A stretch of DNA of 64,000 nt from the NCBI RefSeq assembly GCF_006345805.1, contig NC_043011.1:27044464-27108463 (forward strand), read 5' to 3'. Made by a program: the position numbers and the translations under genes. Under the pieces are notes generated by a model. That model was not told the origin of the DNA. It ran no database searches and saw only the letters and a program-made list of their open reading frames with translations. Positions 14,404 to 28,189 of this stretch are shown here, in pieces. The stretch's first letter is position 1. Every line of letters starts with the position of its first letter. Source of the DNA: Octopus sinensis (lineage: Eukaryota).

Positions 14404-15777
14404 ATTTACAACCTTAAAAGATTGATCGGTAGAAATTGAAGCAAGAAACGGAAAATGTCAATGAAATTCTGAAATACATCAGAACAAACAACATCGCAGG
14501 AACAAATAATTTGATCAAGGCAGCAAATATTGTTGTAGCAGAAAACGCGGATGTTGGTGTCAAGAAAAAGAAATATAATGGGAGTGACAAAAGAAGATCT
14601 CCGTGGTGGAAAAGAAGAATACAGGCAGGGTTAGATATGCTCTCGAAGAAAATTTCTATTTGATCGAAGAGAGAAAGGAGAGCTTAAAAGCGAATAAAAA
14701 TACAGGGCGCTGAAAAGGAAGTATAATATTGAAAGAAAGGGCTTGAAAGTGGTAATGGAGGAACTGAAACAGTGCCTTGTTGCAAAGAAAGCAAAGATGG
14801 TAAGATACGACTAAAAAATGAAGGGTTACCACCAGAATAGGTTACTCAGAGTAGATCAGAAGAGATGCTATAAAAAATAAATGGAGAGTGTACAGATGAA
14901 AAGTTGATACCAGATAACAATGAAAGTCAAAGGTTTTGGAGTGACATCTGGAGCAAAGACAAGGAGCATAGGATGCTGAGTGCTTGCAAGAACTGAAGCA
15001 AACATTAGTCTGCCCCAAACAGGTAGAACTAGTCATTTTAGTAAGGGAAGTGAAGGAAATCAGCAAAAAAGAAAGAGCAACTGGAAGGCTCCGGGACCAG
15101 ATGGAGTTCAAGGCTACTGGATCAAAAGATTCGGTGAATGTCATGTATGAATAGTTGCACAACTCAACACCTTGTTAAATGCCGACCAAATAACACCAGA
15201 TTGGTTGACATTGGGCAGGACAGTGCTGTGCTTGAAAAACATCGAAAAAGGCAATACGGTAGACAATTATAGGCCGATATCCTGTTTGCCACTTATGTGG
15301 AAATTAATTGACTGGAATACTCGCAGAAACAATGTACGAACATCTGGGAAAAAAATGGAGTCCTGCCAAAACCTGAACAAGTATAAAGATCTTGAAATAG
15401 AAATTGGCAAAATGTGGAACCTCAAGACTAAAACAATACCTGTTGTCATAGATGTCCTACTAATGATAGCAAAAGGGGCTGATTGCTACCTAGCTCAGAT
15501 ACCAGGAAACCCCAAAATTGCAGAAATTCAAAAGATAGTGCTCATGGGAACTGCCCATATTCTACGTAAAAAATTGTGCATGTAATCTCAAATTTTAAAA
15601 CAAACTTATAATTTTCTTATGTTTTCTTAAACATTCTCTAGAACAATATTATGTGCAAAACCAAATATATGACACCCTAGGCATAACACCAACATAAACT
15701 TCTAACTAGTTGTCTCTTGAGGTCTCTAGGTGAGACTTGGAACCAACTTGTAGAAATACAAAGCAAAAGTCAAACAA
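14404..15777 (+). mobile_element. 5'-truncated, internally deleted R4/Dong-type RLE non-LTR retrotransposon in a (TAA)n tract
   Basis: Frameshifted ORF with PWWKRRI, KAPGPDGVQGYWIKRF and [14 protein letters not shown] (RT N-terminus), joined near 15370 to the C-terminal [13 protein letters not shown]...GTAHILRK; (TAA)n on both sides. Confidence 0.85.
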
Positions 15778-15786
15778 ATAATAATA

Positions 15787-15829
<43 letters not shown>

Positions 15830-16619
15830 CCTTTCTACTATAGGCACAAGGTCTGGAATTTATGGGGAGGGGGATAGTCGATTATATCGACCCCAGTACT
15901 TGAATGGTACTTAATTTATTGATCTCGAAAAGATGAAAGGCAAAGTCGACTTCGCTGGAATTTGATCTTGGAACGTATGGACGGACGAAATGCCGCTAAG
16001 CATTTTCCCCGGCGTGCTCACGATTCTACCAGCTTGCTGCCTTAAATAACAACAACAACAACAACAATAGCATAATTTTAAGGGGAAGGGAAAGGTCGAT
16101 TGCATCAACTCCAGCAATTGACTGGTACATTTTTTTATCGACAGCCAGCCAGCCAGCCAGCCAGTCAGTCAGTCAACCAGCCAACCAGCCAACAAGCCAG
16201 AAGCATCAGTAGTAACAGAATATTCAAACTGCGCCATGTTATATATATTTTTAAAAATTGTTAACGTTGACAAATACTGAATCAGTTTTGGGAAATATTT
16301 ATGATTTTACATTAGAGCTATACAATAAAAAGCGAAAAAAAAACCTCCCCCACAAAAAAAAAACAAAAACAAAAATCGAAAACAACGAATATTTTTTATG
16401 ATCAATTAAAAAAAGCAAGTGATAAAAATAGGGGAGTCAAGGTGAAAGGGAAGCTGCTAGAAATAAATATTAAAAGAATTCATTGTTATTAAAAAGACTT
16501 AGTAGAAAAAAATCTAAAAATATTTTTGTCTTCTTTCTTTTCGCTTTAAAGATAAAATGTTATTTCGTATAGGAAGTTATTAATATTTCATGTTTGAACT
16601 TTTGATAGAAAAAAAAGTA

Positions 16620-16667
<48 letters not shown>

Positions 16668-17453
16668 CCTTTCTACTATAGGCACAAGGTCTGGAATTTA
16701 TGGGGAGGGGGATAGTCGATTATATCGACCCCAGTACTTGAATGGTACTTAATTTATTGATCTCGAAAAGATGAAAGGCAAAGTCGACTTCGCTGGAATT
16801 TGATCTTGGAACGTATGGACGGACGAAATGCCGCTAAGCATTTTCCCCGGCGTGCTCACGATTCTACCAGCTTGCTGCTTAAATAACAACAACAACAACA
16901 ACAATAGCATAATTTTAAGGGGAAGGGAAAGGTCGATTGCATCAACTCCAGCAATTGACTGGTACATTTTTTTATCGACAGCCAGCCAGCCAGCAGCCAG
17001 TCAGTCAGTCAACCAGCCAACCAGCCAACAAGCCAGAAGCATCAGTAGTAACAGAATATTCAAACTGCGCCATGTTATATATATTTTTAAAAATTGTTAA
17101 CGTTGACAATACTGAATCAGTTTTGGGAAATATTTATGATTTTACATTAGAGCTATACAATAAAAAGCGAAAAAAAAAACCTCCCCCACAAAAAAAAAAC
17201 AAAAACAAAAATCGAAAACAACGAATATTTTTTATGATCAATTAAAAAAAGCAAGTGATAAAAATAGGGGAGTCAAGGTGAAAGGGAAGCTGCTAGAAAT
17301 AAATATTAAAAGAATTCATTGTTATTAAAAGACTAGTAGAAAAAAATCTAAAAATATTTTTGTCTTCTTTCTTTTCGCTTTAAAGATAAAATGTTATTTC
17401 GTATAGGAAGTTATTAATATTTCATGTTTGAACTTTTGATAGAAAAAAAAGTA

Positions 17454-17501
<48 letters not shown>

Positions 17502-18304
17502 CCTTTCTACTATAGGCACAAGGTCTGGAATTTATGGGGAGGGGGATAGTCGATTATATCGACCCCAGTACTTGAATGGTACTTAATTTATTGATCTCGA
17601 AAAGATGAAAGGCAAAGTCGACTTCGCTGGAATTTGATCTTGGAACGTATGGACGGACGAAATGCCGCTAAGCATTTTCCCCGGCGTGCTCACGATTCTA
17701 CCAGCTTGCTGCCTTAAATAACAACAACAACAACAACAATAGCATAATTTTAAGGGGAAGGGAAAGGTCGATTGCATCAACTCCAGCAATTGACTGGTAC
17801 ATTTTTTTATCGACAGCCAGCCAGCCAGCCAGCCAGTCAGTCAGTCAACCAGCCAACCAGCCAACAAGCCAGAAGCATCAGTAGTAACAGAATATTCAAA
17901 CTGCGCCATGTTATATATATTTTTAAAAATTGTTAACGTTGACAAATACTGAATCAGTTTTGGGAAATATTTATGATTTTACATTAGAGCTATACAATAA
18001 AAAGCGAAAAAAAAACCTCCCCCACAAAAAAAAAACAAAAACAAAAATCGAAAACAACGAATATTTTTTATGATCAATTAAAAAAAGCAAGTGATAAAAA
18101 TAGGGGAGTCAAGGTGAAAGGGAAGCTGCTAGAAATAAATATTAAAAGAATTCATTGTTATTAAAAAGACTTAGTAGAAAAAAATCTAAAAATATTTTTG
18201 TCTTCTTTCTTTTCGCTTTAAAGATAAAATGTTATTTCGTATAGGAAGTTATTAATATTTCATGTTTGAACTTTTGATAGAAAAAAAAGTAAATAATAAT
18301 AATA

Positions 18305-18337
<33 letters not shown>
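15830..18337. repeat. three tandem copies of an ~835-bp unit, each ending in (TAA)n
   Basis: cctttctactataggcacaagg starts at 15830, 16668 and 17502; units are nearly identical and each contains a minus-strand SINE A. Confidence 0.95.
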
Positions 18338-18338
18338 T

Positions 18339-18375
<37 letters not shown>

Positions 18376-18404
18376 CGATTATATTTTTTTATAATAATAT
18401 TTTT

Positions 18405-18932
18405 TATGCTCTGATGCAGTATACTTATGTTGGAAGTGTTATCATGTACATTGTTTTGTCTTGGTATAAAATATGGGCCACAGCAAATATTCTGCTCAAT
18501 ACCACAGATTTGTTTGTCAATTGTTTGACCTTAACCAGTTGAGCATGTCCCTTCGTGGCTGACGATATGTGCATCTTTGATCATGAGCAGGAGTAGTGAG
18601 GGAACATCATAGCCGTGTGTTGAAAGGAATTCTTAGAAGTTTGGATAATTCACCTTTGGAAACATGGGTGGTTCGTTCAACATCCTTAAACAATCCATAT
18701 TCAGAGACCTTTTGAGCGGGATGGGCTACTTGACCAGAAGAAAATTCTAACTGGGCCCCACCTGCAAGGTCATGCGCTGTTTATCTTGAAATGAGATCAC
18801 CATGTCGCGCATATATGGTTGTGATGCATGTGCCTGGTATACCCTTATCAGACGGGTAGTCATAATGGGTATACTGAGCTTCGTATATTTTACCCCAGTG
18901 TCACTTTGATGGCATGTGCCGCTCTCTCACTC
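18405..18932 (+). mobile_element. probable retroelement 3' region ending in a (TAA)n tail
   Basis: Complex sequence of higher GC, ending ctctctcactc(aat)n, between microsatellite tracts; no ORF; family not identified. Confidence 0.45.
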
Positions 18933-18962
18933 AATAATAATAATAATAATAATAATAAAAAT

Positions 18963-19340
18963 AATTCTTTTTACTATAGGCACAAGACCTGAAATTTTAG
19001 GGGAGGAGGCTAGTCGATTACATCGACTCTAGTGCTCAACTGGTACTTAATTTATTGATCCCAAAAAGATGAAAGGCAAAGTCGACCTCGGTGGAATTTG
19101 AACTCGGAACTTAAGGACGGACGAAAAGCTGCTAATAATTTTTTCCTGCCGTGCTAACAACTTTGCTAGCTCACCGCTTTAATAAAATTGGTCTCCAATT
19201 ATGGGGCAGAAGAACAATAAAAATTGGGGGAGGGTGTAAGCCGATTACCTCGATCTACAGTGCTCAACTGGTGATTATTTTATCGACCCCGGGAGGATGA
19301 AAGGCAAAGTCAACCTTGGTGAAATTTGAACTTAGAACGT
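18963..19340 (-). mobile_element. two adjacent SINE family A copies
   Basis: Family core gtcgacctcggtggaatttgaactc; tail ttttactataggcacaag. Confidence 0.8.
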
Positions 19341-19348
19341 GAAGACAG

Positions 19349-19381
<33 letters not shown>

Positions 19382-20129
19382 CACACATACATACATACAT
19401 ACATACATACATACATACACATATATGTATGTGTGTGTACACACAAACATACACACATATATACATACATGTACGCATGCATACATACGTACACACCAAC
19501 ACATTCACGCACACTTACACACACACATTTAAAATTGCGATTTTCTTTCTTGAGGCTTTTTTATAATGTGGAATGATTTATATTACTTTATGATTGCTGC
19601 TTTTATTCCTGATAATAAATCAAAAAGAAATGTATAATATAATCACTCTTCTTCCTAATGTCTCTCTTTTCTCTCTCCACTCTCTCTTTCACTCACACAC
19701 ACACGCAAACGCACATATACACACGCATGCACACTCACGCACACACGAACGCAAAAATACTCACACACACGTGCACACACACACATACACGCACACACAT
19801 TCTTGTATACATACATGCATACACACATACATATATGTGTGCGCGTGCTTGTGTGTATGTGTATGGATATGTATGTACGAGGAAGTTAGGTCAATCATGA
19901 GTATAGCTAATAAGGTGCAAAACAAGGCTAATTTTATAGCCCACCTGTGGCTCTTCAACGTTTTACTATAACTGTCATAAAAAATGTCACCTTTCAGTTA
20001 AATGCAACGCAGAATCATAATGTTTGGCGTGTGCAAAGACTTGAGTCTTTTCTGACCACTAATAGAAAAATCAACATTATATGACTGAGCCAAATATATA
20101 CGCATTTATGTGAAGAAAATTTACGTTTT

Positions 20130-20367
20130 ACCTATTTCTTTACTACCCACATGGGGCTAAACACAGAGAGGACAAACAAGGACAGACAAACGGATTAAGT
20201 CGATAATATCGACCCCCAGTGCGTAACTGGTACTTATTTATTCGACCCCGAAAGGAGGAAAGGCAAAGTCGACCTCGGCGGAATTTGAACTCAGAACGTA
20301 GCGGCAGACGAAATACCGCTAAGCATTTCACCCGGCGTGCTAACGTTTCTGCTAGCTCGCCGCCTTA
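20130..20367 (-). mobile_element. young SINE family A copy
   Basis: Matches the family consensus seen at 37841 in reverse complement. Confidence 0.9.
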
Positions 20368-20516
20368 ACTTTAAGTTTACTATTTACCGTCCTTGGTTTA
20401 TGTGCCTTTGAGTGGCCAATATGAAAAAAATATGTCAACATAACACACTCTCAATTCTTTCCTCTATAAAGTTGTCAACTTGTACTGAACATTATTGAAA
20501 TGTCCTTCATGGTGAA

Positions 20517-20816
20517 CTAGCAGTATTGCCCGGCATTGCTCGGGTTTGAAGGGAAATAACTATATAACCATTTTTAGAGAGTTACTTCCTTTATATAATA
20601 GCAAAAAATGCATTAAAAATGGGAAAGAATGATGGTAAATTTTTTTAGAATCATAGACTCATCGTAGATGCGCGCTAATACCCAGAAGGGCTCGATATGA
20701 ATCACGACTATAAGATACCCGGTTTTGGTTAAACTGCACCGCAAAATGTGGGAATAGTTAGGAATCTAAATCGTAGGAGACAGACACTCACACAACATCA
20801 CTTTTATATATAAAGA
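20517..20816 (-). mobile_element. non-autonomous Helitron (300 bp)
   Basis: Minus strand starts A|TC and ends with a GC hairpin (ccgagcaatgccggg) followed by CTAG|T, i.e. inserted in an AT dinucleotide. Confidence 0.75.
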
Positions 20817-21049
20817 TGTGCTAAACAAATAAGAACCAGTCATGTATTGCGGTCGATTAAGTAAACTATTATCATTTCTATTCTTTATGTGATGTGACCT
20901 TGTGTTTGAAATTAAAAAGTCACTACCAAAATGTCTTGTGCATAGCATTATTGAGCGGAAGGCTGCTATTGCGTTTAAATCTCTGACTGACGTTACTTCA
21001 TTTCACTTAGCTGAAGCATTCAGAAAAGAAGCGCTATCATATCGTCCCG

Positions 21050-21127
<78 letters not shown>

Positions 21128-21208
21128 CATCCATCCATCCATCTATCTATCCATCCATCCATCCATCCATCCATCCATCCATCCATCCATCCATCCATCC
21201 ATCCATCC

Positions 21209-21262
<54 letters not shown>

Positions 21263-22254
21263 GTCTGTCTGCCTTTCTGTCTGTTTGTATGCCTGCCTGC
21301 CTGTCTGCCTGCCTTTCTGTCTGTCTGTTCGTCTGTCCGTCTGTATGTCTGTCTATGTATGTATGTATGTATGTATGTATGCATGTATGTATGTATGGTG
21401 GTCAGTATATTTAAGTGTTTGTACAATTTAGTTTCGACCTTCTGCATTCTGAATTTGAGTGACGCTGGTTTTGACTTTTGCTTTTCACAACTCAAGTTAA
21501 AGCGTTAAGTAAGTTGGTTCAGTATCCCTATATCACTTCTTACAAATATATATTGACTTTGAAATAAACCAAGGAATTGCCATTAAAGGATAAAATTGAC
21601 AGCAAATGAACTAAATGTATTTAACTGTAGTTCAGTTGCTTTTATTGTAAAACATTGTTTAGCTCCATGTCAGCAGTGATTCAGCAGGCTTATAATCAAA
21701 AGTATCCCAGCCATTAACATCTTGTCTTTTTAAAGACGGTTCGAAAGGAGTCTGGTTGCTATTTCTAAGAGGCTGAGCAATCACATAGGGTCTCTTCTTT
21801 GAGTTTAAAGCGTAATGAATTGGCTGAAACAATAAAGCGTTGGACAATATCTCGCTGCTTCTCTTTTGCTTCTGAGTTCAAATACCGCCAAGTTCGAATT
21901 TACTTTTTATTCTTCTGGAGTTTCGATGAAGTAAATACCATATTTTCACCTGGTACAAGTGATAGATCTAAATTAAAACCTGGCTGAGATATTTGCCAGG
22001 GGATCTGGAAAGGCCGAATTGACTTTCTATATATTTCTTTTATGAGCATGTGACAGTTGGAAAGAGAGAAAGAGAGGGAGAAAGAGAAAGAGAGAGAGAG
22101 AGAGAAAAAGAGAGAGGGAAGGAGGGGATGTACCAACAACCGATACACATTTTATTTATCGATCCAAGAAAGAGGAAATGTAAAATTGACATCCTCCAGA
22201 TATGTACCCCAGAGTGCAGGGGCAAAATCAACAGCAGTGCATTCTATTCGGTGC

Positions 22255-24145
22255 CCCAACAACTACCTAGATCTTCGACCTAACCCCCAACCTGACACGT
22301 CCACACTTCTTCGTCTGGCCGAACTTGTTCTGTCTTCTAAATGCTTCTCGTTCACGGTTGAGTTTTACTAACAGAACGGGAATGGCCATGGGAACGATAA
22401 TGGGCCTCCAACTATGCGAACCTGTTTGTTGGCTACACTGAGGTCCAAATATTTTCAAGATTCACTGGTCCCACTCCTGAACTATACGGTCGTTATACTG
22501 ATGACTGTATCAGTGCGACCTCGCTCTCCCGCGAACAACTAGACTCCTTCCTCTCTTTCGTCCAGTCTTTCCATCCTGCCCTCGAATTCTCCTGCATCAT
22601 TTCCAACACTTCTGTCACCTTTTTCGACATTTCGGTCAACATACATCACTCCACTCTCACCACCGCCATCCACTACAAACACACCGATGCACACTCATAG
22701 CTCAACCAAGCTCTCCATCTCCTATTCCCAATTCCCCCGTCTGCGCAGGCTCTGCAGTGACAACCATGACTTTGAGACCCAGTCTCAACTCATGGCTCGC
22801 CACTTTATCCTTCGTGGATGTCCCCTCACCACTATGCACACCGCCCCGCCGTTACCCGTCTCTTGTTTCCCCTCACCTACCACCCCTCCACCTTACCTTC
22901 CAACGTACCATTCTCCGAGCCTTCCGGCGACTCCAGCCCGACCCCCTCCACTTCGCACATCTTCTCCAACCTACACCTTCCCTCCTTCAAACGAGCTCAC
23001 AACCTACGTAACTTTCTGGCCCACAGTTTCTTCTCTAACCCCACCTTCCAACCTGGCTCGTTCCCCTGCTCCCGCCCACGCTGCCGCTCTTGCCCCTACC
23101 TCCCCAACACCACCATCCTCACAGACACCCATCATTGTCCCTATCATATCACTGACTCCTTCACGTGCACTTCTAGCAACGTCATTTACTGCGTCTCCTG
23201 CTCTTTCTGTCCTCTGTACATCAGTCAAACTGGACGCCGATTGGTTGACCGGTTCGCGGAACACCTCCGAGACATTAGACTCGACAACGACACCTCAGTC
23301 TCGTGCTATTTCCGCTCTACCGGTCATTCATTACAACACCTGTCTGTGTTTGGATTGTCTTTACACAGGGGCCATCCGGACTCCCGCCTTCGCCGTGAAC
23401 AGAAATTAATGTTCTCTCTTCGCTCTTTGCTCCACATGGGCTCAACTCCCTTTCCCTCTTCATCTAACTCCCCTCCTCTCTCCTCTCATCATGTCACACC
23501 TACTTCCTCTCTTCACTCCTACCCCCTCCATCCATACCCCATCCCTACACATCCCAACCCCACTATCCCCAAACATCCCAATACCACCACCCCACCCCAC
23601 CCCACCCACTCACTCCAAACCCATACCCCACCTTCGTATCCCACACACCCTAACACCACCACACCACATCATGCCACACCGCACCACACCACACCACATC
23701 ACACAGCACATCACCACATTGTACCACCCTGCACACACTAGCGTTGACCACTTCCCAGAACACACCTGCACATGCACACATCCATATGTCAAGGTTACCA
23801 GCCCCAATCCACACGCACACACACACACACTCTCACATTCACACGCAATCGCACCTTCATTTTGGGATCACCACTACTTCATTATCTCCCCTTCTTCCTA
23901 GCTCTCCTGTTTGACCACCTCCGTCCAGGCAGCCGCCATGATCGACCGCTAGCCTCTAAAGCTTTTTTATTCTTTCTCTATTTATTCTCACGTTCCTTTC
24001 TGCTGAAGAGCATAGGCTCGAAACGTAAAAGACCTTCTCACCTCCCCAAGCGTTAAACTAATGCACCCGTTTGTTATTTATACACCTGTTTTCGTCTTTT
24101 GCCTCTTTGGTTTTTCATAATTCCAACGCAAAAGACGTTTTGGAC
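22255..24145 (+). mobile_element. degenerate Penelope-like element (RT thumb + GIY-YIG endonuclease, C-rich spacer, pLTR)
   Basis: LLRLAELVL..CFSF, GMAMGT..GP.YANLFVGY, YTDDC, YKHTD, SQFPRLRRLCS..DF; FTCTSSNVIYCVSC..C.LYISQTGRRL..RFAEH (GIY-YIG with CCHH); stops and frameshifts present. Confidence 0.9.
23996..24031 (+). ncRNA. minimal hammerhead-like motif in the Penelope pLTR (A6>C)
   Basis: cttt-CUGCUGA-a-gagc(atag)gctc-GAAA-c-GUA-aaag: stems I and II pair; stem III is the palindrome ACGU. Confidence 0.6.
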
Positions 24146-24178
24146 TTTCGATACTTTTGCATAATAGCAACGATATAT

Positions 24179-24281
<103 letters not shown>

Positions 24282-24284
24282 GTG

Positions 24285-24395
24285 TAGGAAGAAATGGAGC
24301 TGAACGAAGATTTAACAAAATTCCTTTTTATTATTTTCTACATATGTTTCGAAGGCTGCAAAGTCCCTAATTCCCGAATTAGGGACTTTGCAGCC
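24285..24395 (-). ncRNA. truncated hammerhead-bearing repeat with a perfect 20-bp hairpin
   Basis: Homologous to the 61044-61211 arm; ggctgcaaagtccctaattc-cc-gaattagggactttgcagcc (24354-24395); GAAAC-AUAU-GUA on the minus strand; CUGA half missing. Confidence 0.65.
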
Positions 24396-24553
24396 TATAT
24401 ATATATATATATTATATATATATATATATATGTATATATATTCGTGTATATATATGTGTGCACACGTAAGTATGAATATGCATATGCCTATGTTTATGTG
24501 TACATGCATTTACTGTATTTCTGCATACATGCATGTGCATACGTATATATATA

Positions 24554-24617
<64 letters not shown>

Positions 24618-25579
24618 TGTGTGTGTGTGTGTGTATATGTACGTATAAGCGTTTATACGTGTGTGTACATTTAGTTATGCACGTTAATATTCATAGGCAT
24701 ATACTTATCTATGCCCGTTTTCTCGCGCGAGCGCATATGTTTGTGTCCATGTGGGTCCATATGTGTGTGTGTGTGGTGTGTGTGTGTGTGTGTGTGTGTG
24801 TGCCCGCTCGTGCGCGTGCATCTGTGTTAAAGTTTAAGCGTGCGTATTTGTATCGCAGATCCAATCAGCACATTACGTTGTTTTGAAAAGCGTTACTGAC
24901 AGGCTTAGAGGAAAATCGTTCTGTTGTCCTAATATTCATTATTTCGGTATTGGCTATCTGCAAAAAATAAATAAATAATTTTTTAAAAAAAGTGCCAAAT
25001 GCGAAGACAAATACTGAAGGGGATTAGATAGATAGACATATAGATAAACAAATAGAGATAGACAGGTAGACAGGAGAGAGGGAGAGAAAGGAGAGAAAGA
25101 GAGAGTGGGAGGACGAAAAGCAGAGACAAGGATGGAGAAAGATACTCTCATCTGAACAAAATCAGAACTGTGGGTTTACTTTATATTAATGCGTTGAGAA
25201 AGAAGCTTATATATTTGACTTTGTTTAATATGCAGTAAGAATAAATATTCTTCATGCAACAACCGGAATGACACAAAGCCAATATTTGGTCGTTTGCTTC
25301 CTCTCTTTCCTTCTCTTTCTCTCTCTTTCTCCCCTCTCTCACTCCTCTTTCTTTCAGTCTTTTCAATTCCTTCTTTCTCTTTTAACTATCTCTGTCGATC
25401 TCTCTCTCTCTCATGACCACTCTCACCCACTTCTAAGTGACTATGTATTGTAACACGAATATATAAATATGTGAGATACGTGTTCTGTATATGTGTGTAT
25501 ATGTGTATGTGGATACACATGCATATATACATACATACATACATACATACATACATACATACATACATACATACATACA

Positions 25580-25615
<36 letters not shown>

Positions 25616-25616
25616 C

Positions 25617-26233
25617 GCAAGATGCGCACACACACACAAATATGCGCACACAATGCGGCCAATAAGACGTTATCTATGACAATGTTAGATGATGCATTAG
25701 CTTCCTGCTCGATGTGTGAGTGCATCGTGAGTATATATACATATATATATATTTATATATATTCGTGTATATATATGTGTGCACACGTAAGTATGAATAT
25801 GCATATGCCTATGTTTATGTGTACATGCATTTACTGTATTTCTGCATACATGCATGTGCATACGTATATATATATATATTTATACACACACACAGAAAAA
25901 AACGGAGTAGTCATCCACACCCATACACAGACATACTTCGCACTTACATGCTTATGAACACGCGCACAATAATTTGAAACATGTATACATATACATGCAT
26001 CCAGTGATGTATACCTGAATGCATACAAGTATATATACGCAAGATGCGCACACACACACAAATATGCGCACACAATGCGGCCAATAAGACGTTATCTATG
26101 ACAATGTTAGATGATGCATTAGCTTCCTGCTCGATGTGTGAGTGCATCGTGAGTATATATACATATATATATATATTATATATATATATATAATATATAT
26201 ATATATATTATATATATATATATAATATATATA

Positions 26234-26298
<65 letters not shown>

Positions 26299-26920
26299 TA
26301 TATATATTATATATATATATATTTATACACACACACAGAAAAAAACGGAGTAGTCATCCACACCCATACACAGACATACTTCGCACTTACATGCTTATGA
26401 ACACGCGCACAATAATTTGAAACATGTATACATATACATGCATCCAGTGATGTATACCTGAATGCATACAAGTATATATACGCAAGATGCGCACACACAC
26501 ACAAATATGCGCACACAATGCGGCCAATAAGACGTTATCTATGACAATGTTAGATGATGCATTAGCTTCCTGCTCGATGTGTGAGTGCATCGTGAGTATA
26601 TATACATATATATATATTTATATATATTCGTGTATATATATGTGTGCACACGTAAGTATGAATATGCATATGCCTATGTTTATGTGTACATGCATTTACT
26701 GTATTTCTGCATACATGCATGTGCATACGTATATATATATATATTATATATATATATATAATATATATATATATAATATATATATATATATATTATATAT
26801 ATATATATATTATATATATATATATTATATATATATATATTATATATATATATATAATATATATATATATATAATATATATATATATATATTATATATAT
26901 ATATATATAATATATATATA

Positions 26921-27013
<93 letters not shown>

Positions 27014-27300
27014 TTTATACACACACACAGAAAAAAACGGAGTAGTCATCCACACCCATACACAGACATACTTCGCACTTACATGCTTATGAACACGCGC
27101 ACAATAATTTGAAACATGTATACATATACATGCATCCAGTGATGTATACCTGAATGCATACAAGTATATATACGCAAGATGCGCACACACACACAAATAT
27201 GCGCACACAATGCGGCCAATAAGACGTTATCTATGACAATGTTAGATGATGCATTAGCTTCCTGCTCGATGTGTGAGTGCATCGTGAGTATATATACATA
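25617..27300. repeat. modular tandem repeat (about 3.3 units) interleaved with TA tracts
   Basis: Block gcaagatgcgcacac...gtgagtata recurs near 25617, 26039, 26482 and 27174. Confidence 0.9.
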
Positions 27301-27586
27301 TATATATATATTTATATATATATGTCCATACACACACACACACACAGAGGCAAAGACATATACATACACAGGTATCCTTGCATTATAGAAGCTTTGCTTT
27401 CCTGAAAATCTTATGGTGACGTGGAAATTCGTAATGCGAAATTTTATTTTCTATTAATGTTATGCGTTGAGATGCGTTCCGATGCAACTCTCACGGAAAA
27501 AGAAAGCAGTAGAACCACTTTTATGTATGAAGTGAGAAATTTTGAATATACACAAGAGAGTATGTGCAAAAGGAAAAAACGAATTG

Positions 27587-27860
27587 CTTGGCGAGCTGGC
27601 AGAAACGTTAGCACGCCGGGCGAAATGCTTAGCGGTATTTCGTCTGCGTTACGTTGTGAGTTCAAATTCCGCCGAGGTCGACTTTGCCTTTCATCCTTTC
27701 GGGGTCGATAAATTAAGTACCAGTTACGCACTAGGGTCGATGTAATCGACTTAATACCTATGTCTGTCCTTGTTTGTCCCCTCTGTGTTTAGCCCCTTGT
27801 GGGTAATAAAGAAATAGGTATGTCACCTGTCGCTACGTTCTGAGTTCAAATTCCGCCGAG
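27587..27860 (+). mobile_element. SINE family A with partial tandem restart
   Basis: ggcgagctggcagaaacgttagcacgccggg head; the tail aaagaaatag runs into a second internal segment. Confidence 0.85.
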
Positions 27861-28049
27861 CTGACACACAGTGGAACTGAACCCGGAACCATGTGGTTGG
27901 TAAACAATTTACTAACGAGACAGCTTTACCTTTTTTTCATATAATTTCATTATATGTAAACCGCCACACTTTATGTCTGTCTTTGTCTTGTACTCCTCCT
28001 TTGTCCTTGTGGCAAATAAATGAAATGCTCATCATCATCATCATTATTA

Positions 28050-28165
28050 TTTTGTCTTTATCACAGGTTTGTTGGAACTCCTGGAGTCTTGCATGCGTAG
28101 CGGGATTACTACCTACAGCCTCCATGATATTCGTTCTTTTCAGCTATCTAGTACTTTCCTAATTT
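28050..28165 (-). mobile_element. short 3' end of another R4/Dong-type family
   Basis: Minus strand reads IRKVLDS* followed by a 3' UTR and a taa/tga tail. Confidence 0.5.
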
Positions 28166-28189
28166 CCTAATTATTCTAATATCATTATT

